From NCBI GenBank assembly GCA_964247055.1, contig OZ176052.1, positions 12,958,001-13,022,000 of the forward strand: a DNA stretch of 64,000 bases. Reading direction: 5' to 3'. This DNA comes from Paragordius varius (lineage: Eukaryota; Animalia; Nematomorpha). Made by a program: the position numbers and the translations under genes. A model generated the notes under the pieces. It made no database searches. It worked only from the letters and a program-made list of their open reading frames with translations, and was not told the origin of the DNA. Below, piece by piece: positions 10,700 to 24,700 of this stretch (positions are counted from its first letter, which is position 1; each line of letters opens with the position of its first letter).

Positions 10700-13600
10700 T
10701 TAAAAATTAATGTATAAAACTAGTCGTATCAATAAATCGCATCAATACTCAAGTTAAACTTTGTCCTTAAAAATCGGATATTGGTCACCGGTGAACAAAA
10801 TAATTTTTTATACATTCTCTTAGTAAGACTACATCAAAATATAGAGATAGTTTGGCAAACTCTTTCATCCAATTTTTACAACGATACTTTAAAAATTAAT
10901 GTATAAAACTAGTCGCATCAATACTCAAGTTAAACTTTGTCCTTAAAAATCGAATATTGGTCACCGGTGAACAAAATTATTTTTTATACATTCTCTTAGT
11001 AAGACTACATCAAAATATAGTGATAGTTTGGCAAACTCTTTCATATCCGATTTTTACAACGATACTTTAAAAATTAATGTATAAAACTAGTCGCATCAAT
11101 ACTCAAGTTAAACTTTGTCCTTAAAAATCGAATATTGGTCACCGGTGAACAAAATCTTTTTTATATATTCTCTTAGTAGGACTACATCAAAATATAGAGA
11201 TAGTTTGACAAACTCTTTCATATCGATTTTTACAACGATACTTTAAAAATTAAGGTGTTAAACTAGTCGCATCGATACTCAAGTTAAACTTTGTCCTTAA
11301 AAATCGGATATTGGTCACCGGTGAACAAAATTATTTTTTATACTTTCTCTTAGTAAGACTACATCAAAATATAGAGATAGTTTGACAAACTCTTTCATAT
11401 CCGATTTTTACAACGATACTTTAAAAATTAATGTATTAAACTAGTCGCATCAATACTCAAGTTAAACTTTGTCCTTAAAAATCGGATATTGGTCACCGGT
11501 GAACAAAATAATTTTTTATACATTCTCTTAGTAATACTACATCAAAATATAGAGATAGTTTGACAAACTCTTTCATATCCGATTTTTACAACGATACTTT
11601 ATAAATTAATGTATAAAACTAGTCGTATCAATAAGTCGCATCAATACTCAATTTAAACTTTGTCCTTAAAAATCGGATATTGGTCAGCGGTGAACAAAAT
11701 AATTTTTTATACATTCTCTTAGTAAGACTACATCAAAATATAGAGATAGTTTGACAAACTCTTTCATATCCGATTTTTACAACGATACTTTAAATATTAT
11801 GGTATTAAACCAGTCGCATCAATACTCAAGTTAAACTTTGTCCTTAAAAATCGGATATTGGTCACCGGTGAACATAATTATTTTTTATACATTCTCTTAG
11901 TAAGACTACATCAAAATATAGAGATAGTTTGACAAACTCTTTCATATCCGATTTTTACAACGATACTTTAAAAATTAATGTATAAAACTAGTGGCATCAA
12001 TACTCAAGTTAAACTTTGTCCTTAAAAATCGGATATTGGTCACCGGTGAACAAAATTATTTTTCATACATTCTCTTATTAACTACATCAAAATATAGAGA
12101 TAGTTTGACAAACTCTTTCATATCCGATTTTTACAACGATACTTTAAAAATTACTGTATTAAACTAGTCGTATCAATACTCAAGTTAAACTTTGTCCTTA
12201 AAAATCGAATATTGGTTACCGGTGAACAAAATTATTTTTTATACATTTTCTTAGTAAGACTACATCAAAATATAGAGATAGTTTGGCAAACTCTTTCATA
12301 TCCGATTTTTACAACGATACTTTAAAAATTAATGTATAAAACTAGTCGCATCAATACTCAAGTTAAACTTTGTCCTTAAAAATCGGATATTGGTCACCGG
12401 TGAACAAAAATTTTTTATACATTCTCTTAGTAAGACTACATCAAAATATAGAGATAGTTTGGCAAACTCTTTCATCCGATTTTTACAACGATACTTTAAA
12501 AATTAATGTATAAAACTAGTCGCATCAATACTCAAGTTAAACTTTGTCCTTAAAAATCGAATATTTATCACCGGTGAACAAAATTATTTTTTATACATTC
12601 TCTTAGTAAGACTACATCAAAATATAGAGATAGTTTGGCAAACTCTTTCATATCCGATTTTTACAACGATACTTTAAAAATTAATGTATAAAACTAGTCG
12701 CATCAATACTCAAGTTAAACTTTGTCCTTAAAAATCGGATATTGGTCACCGGTGAACATAATTATTTTTTATACATTCTCTTAGTAAGACTACATCAAAA
12801 TATAGAGATAGTTTGACAAACTCTTTCATATCCGATTTTTACAACGATACTTTAAAAATTAATGTATAAAACTAGTGGCATCAATACTCAAGTTAAACTT
12901 TGTCCTTAAAAATCGGATATTGGTCACCGGTGAACAAAATTATTTTTTATACATTCTCTTATTAACTACATCAAAATATAGTGATAGTTTGGCAAACTCT
13001 TTCATATCCGATTTTTACAACGATACTTTAAAAATTAATGTATAAAACTAGTCGCATCAATACTCAAGTTAAACTTTGTCCTTAAAAATCGAATATTGGT
13101 CACCGGTGAACAAAATCTTTTTTATATATTCTCTTAGTAGGACTACATCAAAATATAGAGATAGTTTGACAAACTCTTTCATATCGATTTTTACAACGAT
13201 ACTTTAAAAATTAAGGTGTTAAACTAGTCGCATCGATACTCAAGTTAAACTTTGTCCTTAAAAATCGGATATTGGTCACCGGTGAACAAAATTATTTTTT
13301 ATACTTTCTCTTAGTAAGACTACATCAAAATATAGAGATAGTTTGACAAACTCTTTCATATCCGATTTTTACAACGATACTTTAAAAATTAATGTATTAA
13401 ACTAGTCGCATCAATACTCAAGTTAAACTTTGTCCTTAAAAATCGGATATTGGTCACCGGTGAACAAAATAATTTTTTATACATTCTCTTAGTAATACTA
13501 CATCAAAATATAGAGATAGTTTGACAAACTCTTTCATATCCGATTTTTACAACGATACTTTATAAATTAATGTATAAAACTAGTCGTATCAATAAGTCGC

Positions 13601-15890
13601 ATCAATACTCAATTTAAACTTTGTCCTTAAAAATCGGATATTGGTCAGCGGTGAACAAAATAATTTTTTATACATTCTCTTAGTAAGACTACATCAAAAT
13701 ATAGAGATAGTTTGACAAACTCTTTCATATCCGATTTTTACAACGATACTTTAAATATTATGGTATTAAACCAGTCGCATCAATACTCAAGTTAAACTTT
13801 GTCCTTAAAAATCGGATATTGGTCACCGGTGAACATAATTATTTTTTATACATTCTCTTAGTAAGACTACATCAAAATATAGAGATAGTTTGACAAACTC
13901 TTTCATATCCGATTTTTACAACGATACTTTAAAAATTAATGTATAAAACTAGTGGCATCAATACTCAAGTTAAACTTTGTCCTTAAAAATCGGATATTGG
14001 TCACCGGTGAACAAAATTATTTTTTATACATTCTCTTATTAACTACATCAAAATATAGAGATAGTTTGACAAACTCTTTCATATCCGATTTTTACAACGA
14101 TACTTTAAAAATTACTGTATTAAACTAGTCGTATCAATACTCAAGTTAAACTTTGTCCTTAAAAATCGAATATTGGTTACCGGTGAACAAAATTATTTTT
14201 TATACATTCTCTTAGTAAGACTACATCAAAATATAGAGATAGTTTGGCAAACTCTTTCATATCCGATTTTTACAACGATACTTTAAAAATTAATGTATAA
14301 AACTAGTCGCATCAATACTCAAGTTAAACTTTGTCCTTAAAAATCGGATATTGGTCACCGGTGAACAAAAATTTTTTATACATTCTCTTAGTAAGACTAC
14401 ATCAAAATATAGAGATAGTTTGGCAAACTCTTTCATCCGATTTTTACAACGATACTTTAAAAATTAATGTATAAAACTAGTCGTATCAATAAATCGCATC
14501 AATACTCAAGTTAAACTTTGTCCTTAAAAATCGGATATTGGTCACCGGTGAACAAAATAATTTTTTATACATTCTCTTAGTAAGACTACATCAAAATATA
14601 GAGATAGTTTGGCAAACTCTTTCATCCAATTTTAACAACGATACTTTAAAAATTAATGTATAAAACTAGTCGCATCAATACTCAAGTTAAACTTTGTCCT
14701 TAAAAATCGAATATTGGTCACCGGTGAACAAAATTATTTTTTATACATTCTCTTAGTAAGACTACATCAAAATATAGAGATAGTTTGGCAAACTCTTTCA
14801 TATCCGATTTTTACAACGATACTTTAAAAATTAATGTATAAAACTAGTCGCATCAATACTCAAGTTAAACTTTGTCCTTAAAAATCGGATATTGGTCACC
14901 GGTGAACAAAAATTTTTTATACATTCTCTTAGTAAGACTACATCAAAATATAGAGATAGTTTGACAAACTCTTTCATATCCGATTTTTACAACGATACTT
15001 TAAAAATTAATGTATAAAACTAGTCGTATCAATAAATCGCATCAATACTCAAGTTAAACTTTGTCCTTAAAAATCGGATATTGGTCACCGGTGAACAAAA
15101 TAATTTTTTATACATTCTCTTAGTAAGACTACATCAAAATATAGAGATAGTTTGGCAAACTCTTTCATCCAATTTTAACAACGATACTTTAAAAATTAAT
15201 GTATAAAACTAGTCGCATCAATACTCAAGTTAAACTTTGTCCTTAAAAATCGAATATTGGTCACCGGTGAACAAAATTATTTTTTATACATTCTCTTAGT
15301 AAGACTACATCAAAATATAGTGATAGTTTGGCAAACTCTTTCATATCCGATTTTTACAACGATACTTTAAAAATTAATGTATAAAACTAGTCGCATCAAT
15401 ACTCAAGTTAAACTTTGTCCTTAAAAATCGAATATTGGTCACCGGTGAACAAAATCTTTTTTATATATTCTCTTAGTAGGACTACATCAAAATATAGAGA
15501 TAGTTTGACAAACTCTTTCATATCGATTTTTACAACGATACTTTAAAAATTAAGGTGTTAAACTAGTCGCATCGATACTCAAGTTAAACTTTGTCCTTAA
15601 AAATCGGATATTGGTCACCGGTGAACAAAATTATTTTTTATACTTTCTCTTAGTAAGACTACATCAAAATATAGAGATAGTTTGACAAACTCTTTCATAT
15701 CCGATTTTTACAACGATACTTTAAAAATTAATGTATTAAACTAGTCGCATCAATACTCAAGTTAAACTTTGTCCTTAAAAATCGGATATTGGTCACCGGT
15801 GAACAAAATAATTTTTTATACATTCTCTTAGTAATACTACATCAAAATATAGAGATAGTTTGACAAACTCTTTCATATCCGATTTTTACA
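10700..15890 (+). repeat. Higher-order repeats with periods 1,961 bp (11-mer) and 2,339 bp (13-mer); core block present three times
   Basis: ATAGTGATAG at 11021/12982/15321; TAAGGTGTT at 11251/13212/15551; CATCCAATTTT at 10871/15171 (+4300 = 1961+2339). Confidence 0.9.
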
Positions 15891-16009
15891 ACGATACTTT
15901 AAAAATTAATGTATAAAACTAGTCGCATCAATACTCAAGTTAAACTTTGTCCTTAAAAATCGAATATTGGTCACCGGTGAACAAAATTATTTTTTATATA
16001 TTCTCTTAG

Positions 16010-17680
16010 CAAGACTACATCAAAATATAGAGATAGTTTGACAAACTCTTTCATATCCGATTTTTACAACGATACTTTAAAGATTAATGTATTAAACTAG
16101 TCGCATCAATACTCAAGTTAAACTTTGTCCTCAAAAATCGGATATTGGTCACCGGTGAACAAAATTATTTTTTATACATTCTCTTAGCAAGACTACATCA
16201 AAATATAGAGATAGTTTGACAAACTCTTTCATATCCGATTTTTACAACGATACTTTATAAATTAATGTATTAAACTAGTCGTATCAATAAGTCGCATCAA
16301 TACTCAAGTTAAACTTTGTCCTTAAAAATCGGATATTGGTCACCGGTGAACAAAATAATTTTTTATACATTCTCTTAGTAAGACTACATCAAAATATAGA
16401 GATAGTTTGACATACTCTTTCATATCCGATTTTTACAACGATACTTTAAAAATTATGGTATTAAACCAGTCGCATCAATACTCAAGTTAAACTTTGTCCT
16501 TAAAAATCGGATATTAGTCACCGGTGAACAAAATTATTTTTTATACATTCTCTTAGTAAGACTACATCAAAATATAGAGATAGTTTGACAAACTCTTTCA
16601 TATCCGATTTTTACAACGATACTTTAAAAATTATGGTATTAAACCAGTCGCATTAATACTCAAGTTAAACTTTGTCCTTAAAAATCGGATATTGGTCACC
16701 GGTGAACATAATTATTTTTTATACATTCTCTTAGTAAGACTACATCAAAATATAGAGATAGTTTGACAAACTCTTTCATATCCGATTTTTACAACGATAC
16801 TTTAAAAATTAATGTGTTAAACTAGTCCCATCAATCTCAAGTTAAACTTTGTCCTTAAAAATCGGATTTTGGTCACCGGTGAACAAAATTATTTTTTATA
16901 CATTCTCTTAGTAAGACTACATCAAAATATAGAGATAGTTTGACAAACTCTTTCATATCCGATTTTTACAACGATACTTTAAAAATTAATGTATTAAACT
17001 AGTCGCATCAATACTCAAGTTAAACTTTGTCCTCAAAAATCGGATATTGGTCACCGGTGAACAAAATTATTTTTTATACATTCTCTTAGCAAGACTACAT
17101 CAAAATATAGAGATAGTTTGACAAACTCTTTCATATCCGATTTTTACAACGATACTTTATAAATTAATGTATTAAACTAGTCGTATCAATAAGTCGCATC
17201 AATACTCAAGTTAAACTTTGTCCTTAAAAATCGGATATTGGTCACCGGTGAACAAAATAATTTTTTATACATTCTCTTAGTAAGACTACATCAAAATATA
17301 GAGATAGTTTGACATACTCTTTCATATCCGATTTTTACAACGATACTTTAAAAATTATGGTATTAAACCAGTCGCATCAATACTCAAGTTAAACTTTGTC
17401 CTTAAAAATCGGATATTGGTCACCGGTGAACAAAATTATTTTTTATACATTCTCTTAGTAAGACTACATCAAAATATAGAGATAGTTTGACAAACTCTTT
17501 CATATCCGATTTTTACAACGATACTTTAAAAATTATGGTATTAAACCAGTCGCATTAATACTCAAGTTAAACTTTGTCCTTAAAAATCGGATATTGGTCA
17601 CCGGTGAACAAAATTATTTTTTATACATTCTCTTAGTAAGACTACATCAAAATATAGAGATAGTTTGACAAACTCTTTCA
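16010..17680 (+). repeat. Higher-order repeat: 5-monomer unit, period 902 bp, two copies
   Basis: CCTCAAAAAT 16132/17034; GACATACTC 16411/17313. Confidence 0.88.
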
Positions 17681-20600
17681 TATCCGATTTTTACAACGAT
17701 ACTTTAAAAATTAATGTATAAAACTAGTCGCATCAATACTCAAGCTAAACTTTGTCCTTAAAAATGGGATATTGGTCACCGGTGAACAAAACTATTTTTT
17801 ATGTATTCTCTTAGTACACTACATCAAAATATAGAGATAGTTTGACAAACTCTTTCATATCAGATTTTTACAACGATACTTTAAAAATTAATGTATAATT
17901 TAGCATACGACAATATTCAAGTTAAACTTTGTCCTTAAAAATCGGATATTGGTAACCGGTGAACGAAACTATTTTCTATACATTCTCTTAGGAGGACTAC
18001 ATCAAAATATAGAGATAGTTTGGCAAACTCTTTCATATCCGATTTTTACAACGATACTTTAAATATTATGGTATTAAACCAGTCGCATCAATACTCAAGT
18101 TAAACTTTGTCCTTAAAAATCGGATATTGGTCATTGGTGAACATAATTATTTTTTATACATTCTCTTAGTAAGACTACATCAAATATAGAGATAGTTTGA
18201 CAAACTCTTTCATATCCGATTTTTACAACGATACTTTAAAAATTAATGTATAAAACTAGTCGCATCAATACTCAAGTTAAACTTTATCCTTAAAAATTGA
18301 ATATTGGTCACCGGTGAACAAAATAATTTTTTATACATTCTCTTATTAACTACATCAAAATATAGAGATAGTTTGACAAACTCTTTCATATCCGATTTTT
18401 ACAACGATACTTTAAAAATTACTGTATTAAACTAGTCGTATCAATACTCAAGTTAAACTTTGTCCTTAAAAATCGAATATTGGTTACCGGTGAACAAAAT
18501 TATTTTTTATACATTCTCTTAGTAAGACTACATCAAAATATAGAGATAGTTTGGCAAACTCTTTCATATCCGATTTTTACAACGATACTTTAAAAATTAA
18601 TGTATAAAACTAGTCGCATCAATACTCAAGTTAAACTTTGTCCTTAAAAATCGGATATTGGTCACCGGTGAACAAAATTTTTTTATACATTCTCTTAGTA
18701 AGACTACATCAAAATATAGAGATAGTTCGGCAAACTCTTTCCTCCGATTTTTACAACGATACTTTAAAAATTAATGTATAAAACTAGTCGCATCAATACT
18801 CAAGTTAAACTTTGTCCTTAAAAATCGAATATTTATCACCGGTGAACAAAATTATTTTTTATACATTCTCTTAGTAAGACTACATCAAAATATAGAGATA
18901 GTTTGGCAAACTCTTTCATATCCGATTTTTACAACGATACTTTAAAAATTAATGTATAAAACTAGTCGCATCAATACTCAAGTTAAACTTTGTCCTTAAA
19001 AATCGAATATTGGTCACCGGTGAACAAAATAATTTTTTTACATTCTCTTAGTAGGACTACATCAAAATATAGAGATAGTTTGGCAAACTCTTTCATATCC
19101 GATTTTTACAACGATACTTTAAAAATTAATGTATAAAACTAGTCGCATCAATACTCAAGTTAAACTTTGTCCTTAAAAATCGGATATTGGTCACCGGTGA
19201 ACAAAATTATTTTTTATACATTCTCTTAGTAAGACTACATCAAAATATAGAAATAGTTTGACAAACTCTTTCATATCCGATTTTTACAACGATACTTTAA
19301 AAATTAATGTATTAAACTAGTCGTATGAATACTCAAGCTAAACTTTGTCCTTAAAAATCGGATATTGGTCACCGGTGAACAAAATTATTTTTTATACATT
19401 CTCTTAGTAGGACTACATCAAAATATAGAGATAGTTTGGCAAAGTGTTTCATATCCGATTTTTACAAAGATACTTTAAAAATTAATGTATAAAACTAATC
19501 GCATCAATACTCAAGTTAAACTTTGTCCTTAAAAATCGAATATTGGTCACCGGTGAACAAAATTATTTTTTATACATTCTCTTAGTAGGACTACATCAAA
19601 ATATAGAGATAGTTTGGCAAACTGTTTCATATCCGATTTTTACAACGATACTTTAAAAATTAATGTATAAAACTAGTCGCATCAATACTCAAGTTAAACT
19701 TTGTCCTTAAAAATCGGATATTGGTCACCGGTGAACAAAATTATTTTTTATACATTCTCTTAGTAGGACGACATCAAAATATAGAAATAGTTTGACAAAC
19801 TGTTTCATATCCGATTTTTACAACGATACTTTAAAAATTAATGTATTAAACTAGTCGCATCAATACTTAAGTTAAACTTTGTCCTTAAAAATCGAATATT
19901 GGTCACCGGTGAACAAAATTATTTTTTATACATTCTCTTAGTAGGACTACATCAAAATATAGAGATAGTTTGGCAAACTGTTTCATATCCGATTTTTACA
20001 ACGATACTTTAAAAATTAATGTATAAAACTAGTCGCATCAATACTCAAGTTAAACTTTGTCCTTAAAAATCGGATATTGGTCACCGGTGAACAAAATTAT
20101 TTTTTATACATTCTCTTAGTAAGACTACATCAATATATAGAAATAGTTTGACAAACTCTTTCATATCCGATTTTTAAAACGATACTTTAAAAATTAATGT
20201 ATTAAACTAGTCGCATCAATACTCAAGTTAAACTTTGTCCTTAAAAATCGGATATTGGTGACCGGTGAACAAAATTATTTTTTATACATTCTCTTAGTAG
20301 GACGACATCAAAATATAGAGATAGTTTGGCAAACTGTTTCATATCCGATTTTTACAACGATACTTTAAAAATTAATGTATTAAACTAGGCGTATCAATAA
20401 ATCGCATCAATACTCAAGTTAAACTTTGTCCTTAAAAATCGGATATTGGTTACCGGTGAACAAAATAATTTTTTATACATTCTCTTAGTAAGACTACATC
20501 AAAATATAGAAATAGTTTGACAAACTCTTTCATATCCGATTTTTACAACGATACTTTAAAAATTAATGTATTAAACTAGTCGCATCAATACTCAAGTTAA

Positions 20601-20908
20601 ACTTTGTCCTTAAAAATCGGATATTGGTCACCGGTGAACAAAATTATTTTTTATACATTCTCTTAGTAAGACTACATCAAAATATAGAAATAGTTTGACA
20701 AACTCTTTCATATCCGATTTTTAAAACGATACTTTAAAAATTAATGTATTAAACTAGTCGCATCAATACTCAAGCTAAACATTGTCCTTAAAAATCGGAT
20801 ATTGGTCACCGGTGAACAAAACTATTTTTTATACATTCTCTTATTAAGACTACATCAAAATATAGAGATAGTTTGACAAACTCTTTCCTATCCGATTTTT
20901 ACAGCGAT

Positions 20909-21030
20909 ACTTTAAAAATTAATGTATTAAACTAGTCGCATCAATACTCAAGTTAAACTTTGTCCTTAAAAATCGGATAAAATATAGAGATAGTTTGGCA
21001 AACTGTTTCATATCCGATTTTTACAACGAT
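20909..21030 (+). repeat. Truncated 122-bp monomer with a 56-bp internal deletion
   Basis: AATCGGAT joins directly to AAAATATAGAG at 20978/20979. Monomer starts at 20909 and 21031 are 122 bp apart. Confidence 0.95.
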
Positions 21031-21799
21031 ACTTTAAAAATTAATGTATAAAACTAGGCGTATCAGTAAATCGCATCAATACTCAAGTTAAACTTTGTCC
21101 TTTAAATTCGGATATTGGTCACCGGTGAACAAAATTAATTTTTATACATTCTCTTAGTAGGACTACATCAAAATATAGAGATAGTTTGGCAAACTGTTTC
21201 ATATCCGATTTTTACAACGATACTTTAAAAATTAATGTATAAAACTAGTCGCATCAATACTCAAGTTAAACTTTGTCCTTAAAAATCGAGTATTGGTCAC
21301 CGGTGAACAAAATTATTTTTTATACATTCTCTTAGTAAGACTACATCAAAATATAGAAATAGTTTGACAAACTCTTTCATATCCGATTTTTAAAACGATA
21401 CTTTAAAAATTAATGTATTAAACTAGTCGCATCAATACTCAAGTTAAACTTTGTCCTTAAAAATCGGATATTGGTGACCGGTGAACAAAATTATTTTTTA
21501 TACATTCTCTTAGTAGGACGACATCAAAATATAGAGATAGTTTGGCAAACTGTTTCATATCCGATTTTTACAACGATACTTTAAAAATTAATGTATAAAA
21601 CTAGGCGTATCAATAAATCGCATCAATACTCAAGTTAAACTTTGTCCTTAAAAATCGGATATTGGTTACCGGTGAACAAAATAATTTTTTATACATTCTC
21701 TTAGTAAGACTACATCAAAATATAGAAATAGTTTGACAAACTCTTTCATATCCGATTTTTACAACGATACTTTAAAAATTAATGTATTAAACTAGTCGC

Positions 21800-24700
21800 A
21801 TCAATACTCAAGTTAAACTTTGTCCTTAAAAATCGGATATTGGTCACCGGTGAACAAAATTATTTTTTATACATTCTCTTAGTACGACATCAAAATATAG
21901 AGATAGTTTGGCAAACTGTTTCATATCCGATTTTTACAACGATACTTTAAAAATTAATGTATAAAACTAGGCGTATCAATAAATCGCATCAATACTCAAG
22001 TTAAACTTTGTCCTTAAAAATCGGATATTGGTCACCGGTGAACAAAATTAATTTTTATACATTCTCTTAGTAGGACTACATCAAAATATAGAGATAGTTT
22101 GGCAAACTGTTGCATATCCGATTTTTACAACGATACTTTAAAAATTAATGTATAAAACTAGTCGCATCAATACTCAAGTTAAACTTTGTCCTTAAAAATC
22201 GAATATTAATCACCGGTGAACAAAATTATTTTTTATACATTCTCTTAGTAAGACTACATCAAAATATAGATATAGTTTGACAAACTCTTTCATATACGAT
22301 TTTTAAAACGATACTTTAAAAATTAATGTATAAAACTAGGCGTATCAATAAATCGCATCAATACTCAAGTTAAACTTTGTCCTTAAAAATCGGATATTGG
22401 TCACCGGTGAACAAATTTAATTTTTATACATTCTCTTAGTAGGACTACATCAAAATATAGAGATAGTTTAGCAAACTGTTTCATATCCGATTTTTACAAC
22501 GATACTTTAAAAATTAATGTATAAAACTAGTCGCATCAATACTCAAGTTAAACTTTGTCCTTAAAAATCGAATATTGGTCACCGGTGAACAAAATTATTT
22601 TTTATACATTCTCTTAGTAAGACTACATCAAAATATAGAAATAGTTTGACAAACTCTTTCATATCCGATTTTTACAACGATACTTCAAAAATTATGGTAT
22701 TAAACCAGTCGCATCAATACTCAAGTTAAACTTTGTCTTTAAACATCGGATATTTGTCACCGGTGAACAAAATTATTTTTTATACATTCTCTTAGTAGGA
22801 CTACATCAAAATATAGAGATAGTTTGGCAAACTGTTTCATATCCGATTTTTACAACGATACTTTAAAAATTAATGTATAAAACTAGTCGCATCAATACTC
22901 AAGTTAAACTTTGTCCTTAAAAATCGGATATTGGTCACCGGTGAAGAAATTAATTTTTTTTTATACATTCTCTTAGTAAGACTACATCAAAATATAGAAA
23001 TAGTTTGACAAATTCTTTCATATCCGATTTTTAAAACGATACTTTAAAAATTAATGTATTAAACTAGTCGCATCAATACCTAAGTTAAACTTTGTCCTTA
23101 AAAATCGGATATTGGTCACCGGTGAACAAAATAATTTTTTATACATTCTCTTAGTAAGACTACATCAAAATATAGAAATAGTTTGACAAACTCTTTCATA
23201 TCCGATTTTTACAACGATACTTTAAAAATTAATGTATTAAACTAGTCGCATCAATACTCAAGTTAAACTTTGTCCTTAAAAATCGAATATTGGTCACCGG
23301 TGAACAAAATTATTTTTTATACATTCTCTTAGTAGGACGACATCAAAATATAGAGATAGTTTGGCAAACTGTTTCATATCCGATTTTTACAACGATACTT
23401 TAAAAATTAATGTATAAAACTAGGCGTATCTATAAATCGCATCAATACTCAAGTTAAACTTTGTCCTTAAAAATCGGATATTGGTCACCGGTGAACAAAA
23501 TTAATTTTTATACATTCTCTTAGTAGGACTACATCAAAATATAGAGATAGTTTGGCAAACTGTTGCATATCCGATTTTTACAACGATACTTTAAAAATTA
23601 ATGTATAAAACTAGTCGCATCAATACTCAAGTTAAACTTTGTCCTTAAAAATCGAATATTAATCACCGGTGAACAAAATTATTTTTTATACATTCTCTTA
23701 GTAAGACTACATCAAAATATAGATATAGTTTGACAAACTCTTTCATATACGATTTTTAAAACGATACTTTAAAAATTAATGTATAAAACTAGGCGTATCA
23801 ATAAATCGCATCAATACTCAAGTTAAACTTTGTCCTTAAAAATCGGATATTGGTCACCGGTGAACAAATTTAATTTTTATACATTCTCTTAGTAGGACTA
23901 CATCAAAATATAGAGATAGTTTAGCAAACTGTTTCCGATTTTTACAACGATACTTTAAAAATTAATGTATAAAACTAGTCGCATCAATACTCAAGTTAAA
24001 CTTTGTCCTTAAAAATCGAATATTGGTCACCGGTGAACAAAATTATTTTTTATACATTCTCTTAGTAAGACTACATCAAAATATAGAAATAGTTTGACAA
24101 ACTCTTTCATATCCGATTTTTACAACGATACTTCAAAAATTATGGTATTAAACCAGTCGCATCAATACTCAAGTTAAACTTTGTCTTTAAACATCGGATA
24201 TTTGTCACCGGTGAACAAAATTATTTTTTATACATTCTCTTAGTAAGACTACATCAAAATATAGAAATAGTTTGACAAACTCTTTCATATCCGATTTTTA
24301 CAACGATACTTTAAAAATTAATGTATTAAACTAGTCGCATCAATACTCAAGTTAAACTTTGTCCTTAAATATCGGATATTGGTCACCGGTGAAGAAATTA
24401 ATTTTTTTTTATACATTCTCTTAGTAAGACTACATCAAAATATAGAAATAGTTTGACAAATTCTTTCATATCCGATTTTTAAAACGATACTTTAAAAATT
24501 AATGTATTAAACTAGTCGCATCAATACCTAAGTTAAACTTTGTCCTTAAAAATCGGATATTGGTCACCGGTGAACAAAATAATTTTTTATACATTCTCTT
24601 AGTAAGACTACATCAAAATATAGAAATAGTTTGACAAACTCTTTCATATCCGATTTTTACAACGATACTTTAAAAATTAATGTATTAAACTAGTCGCATC

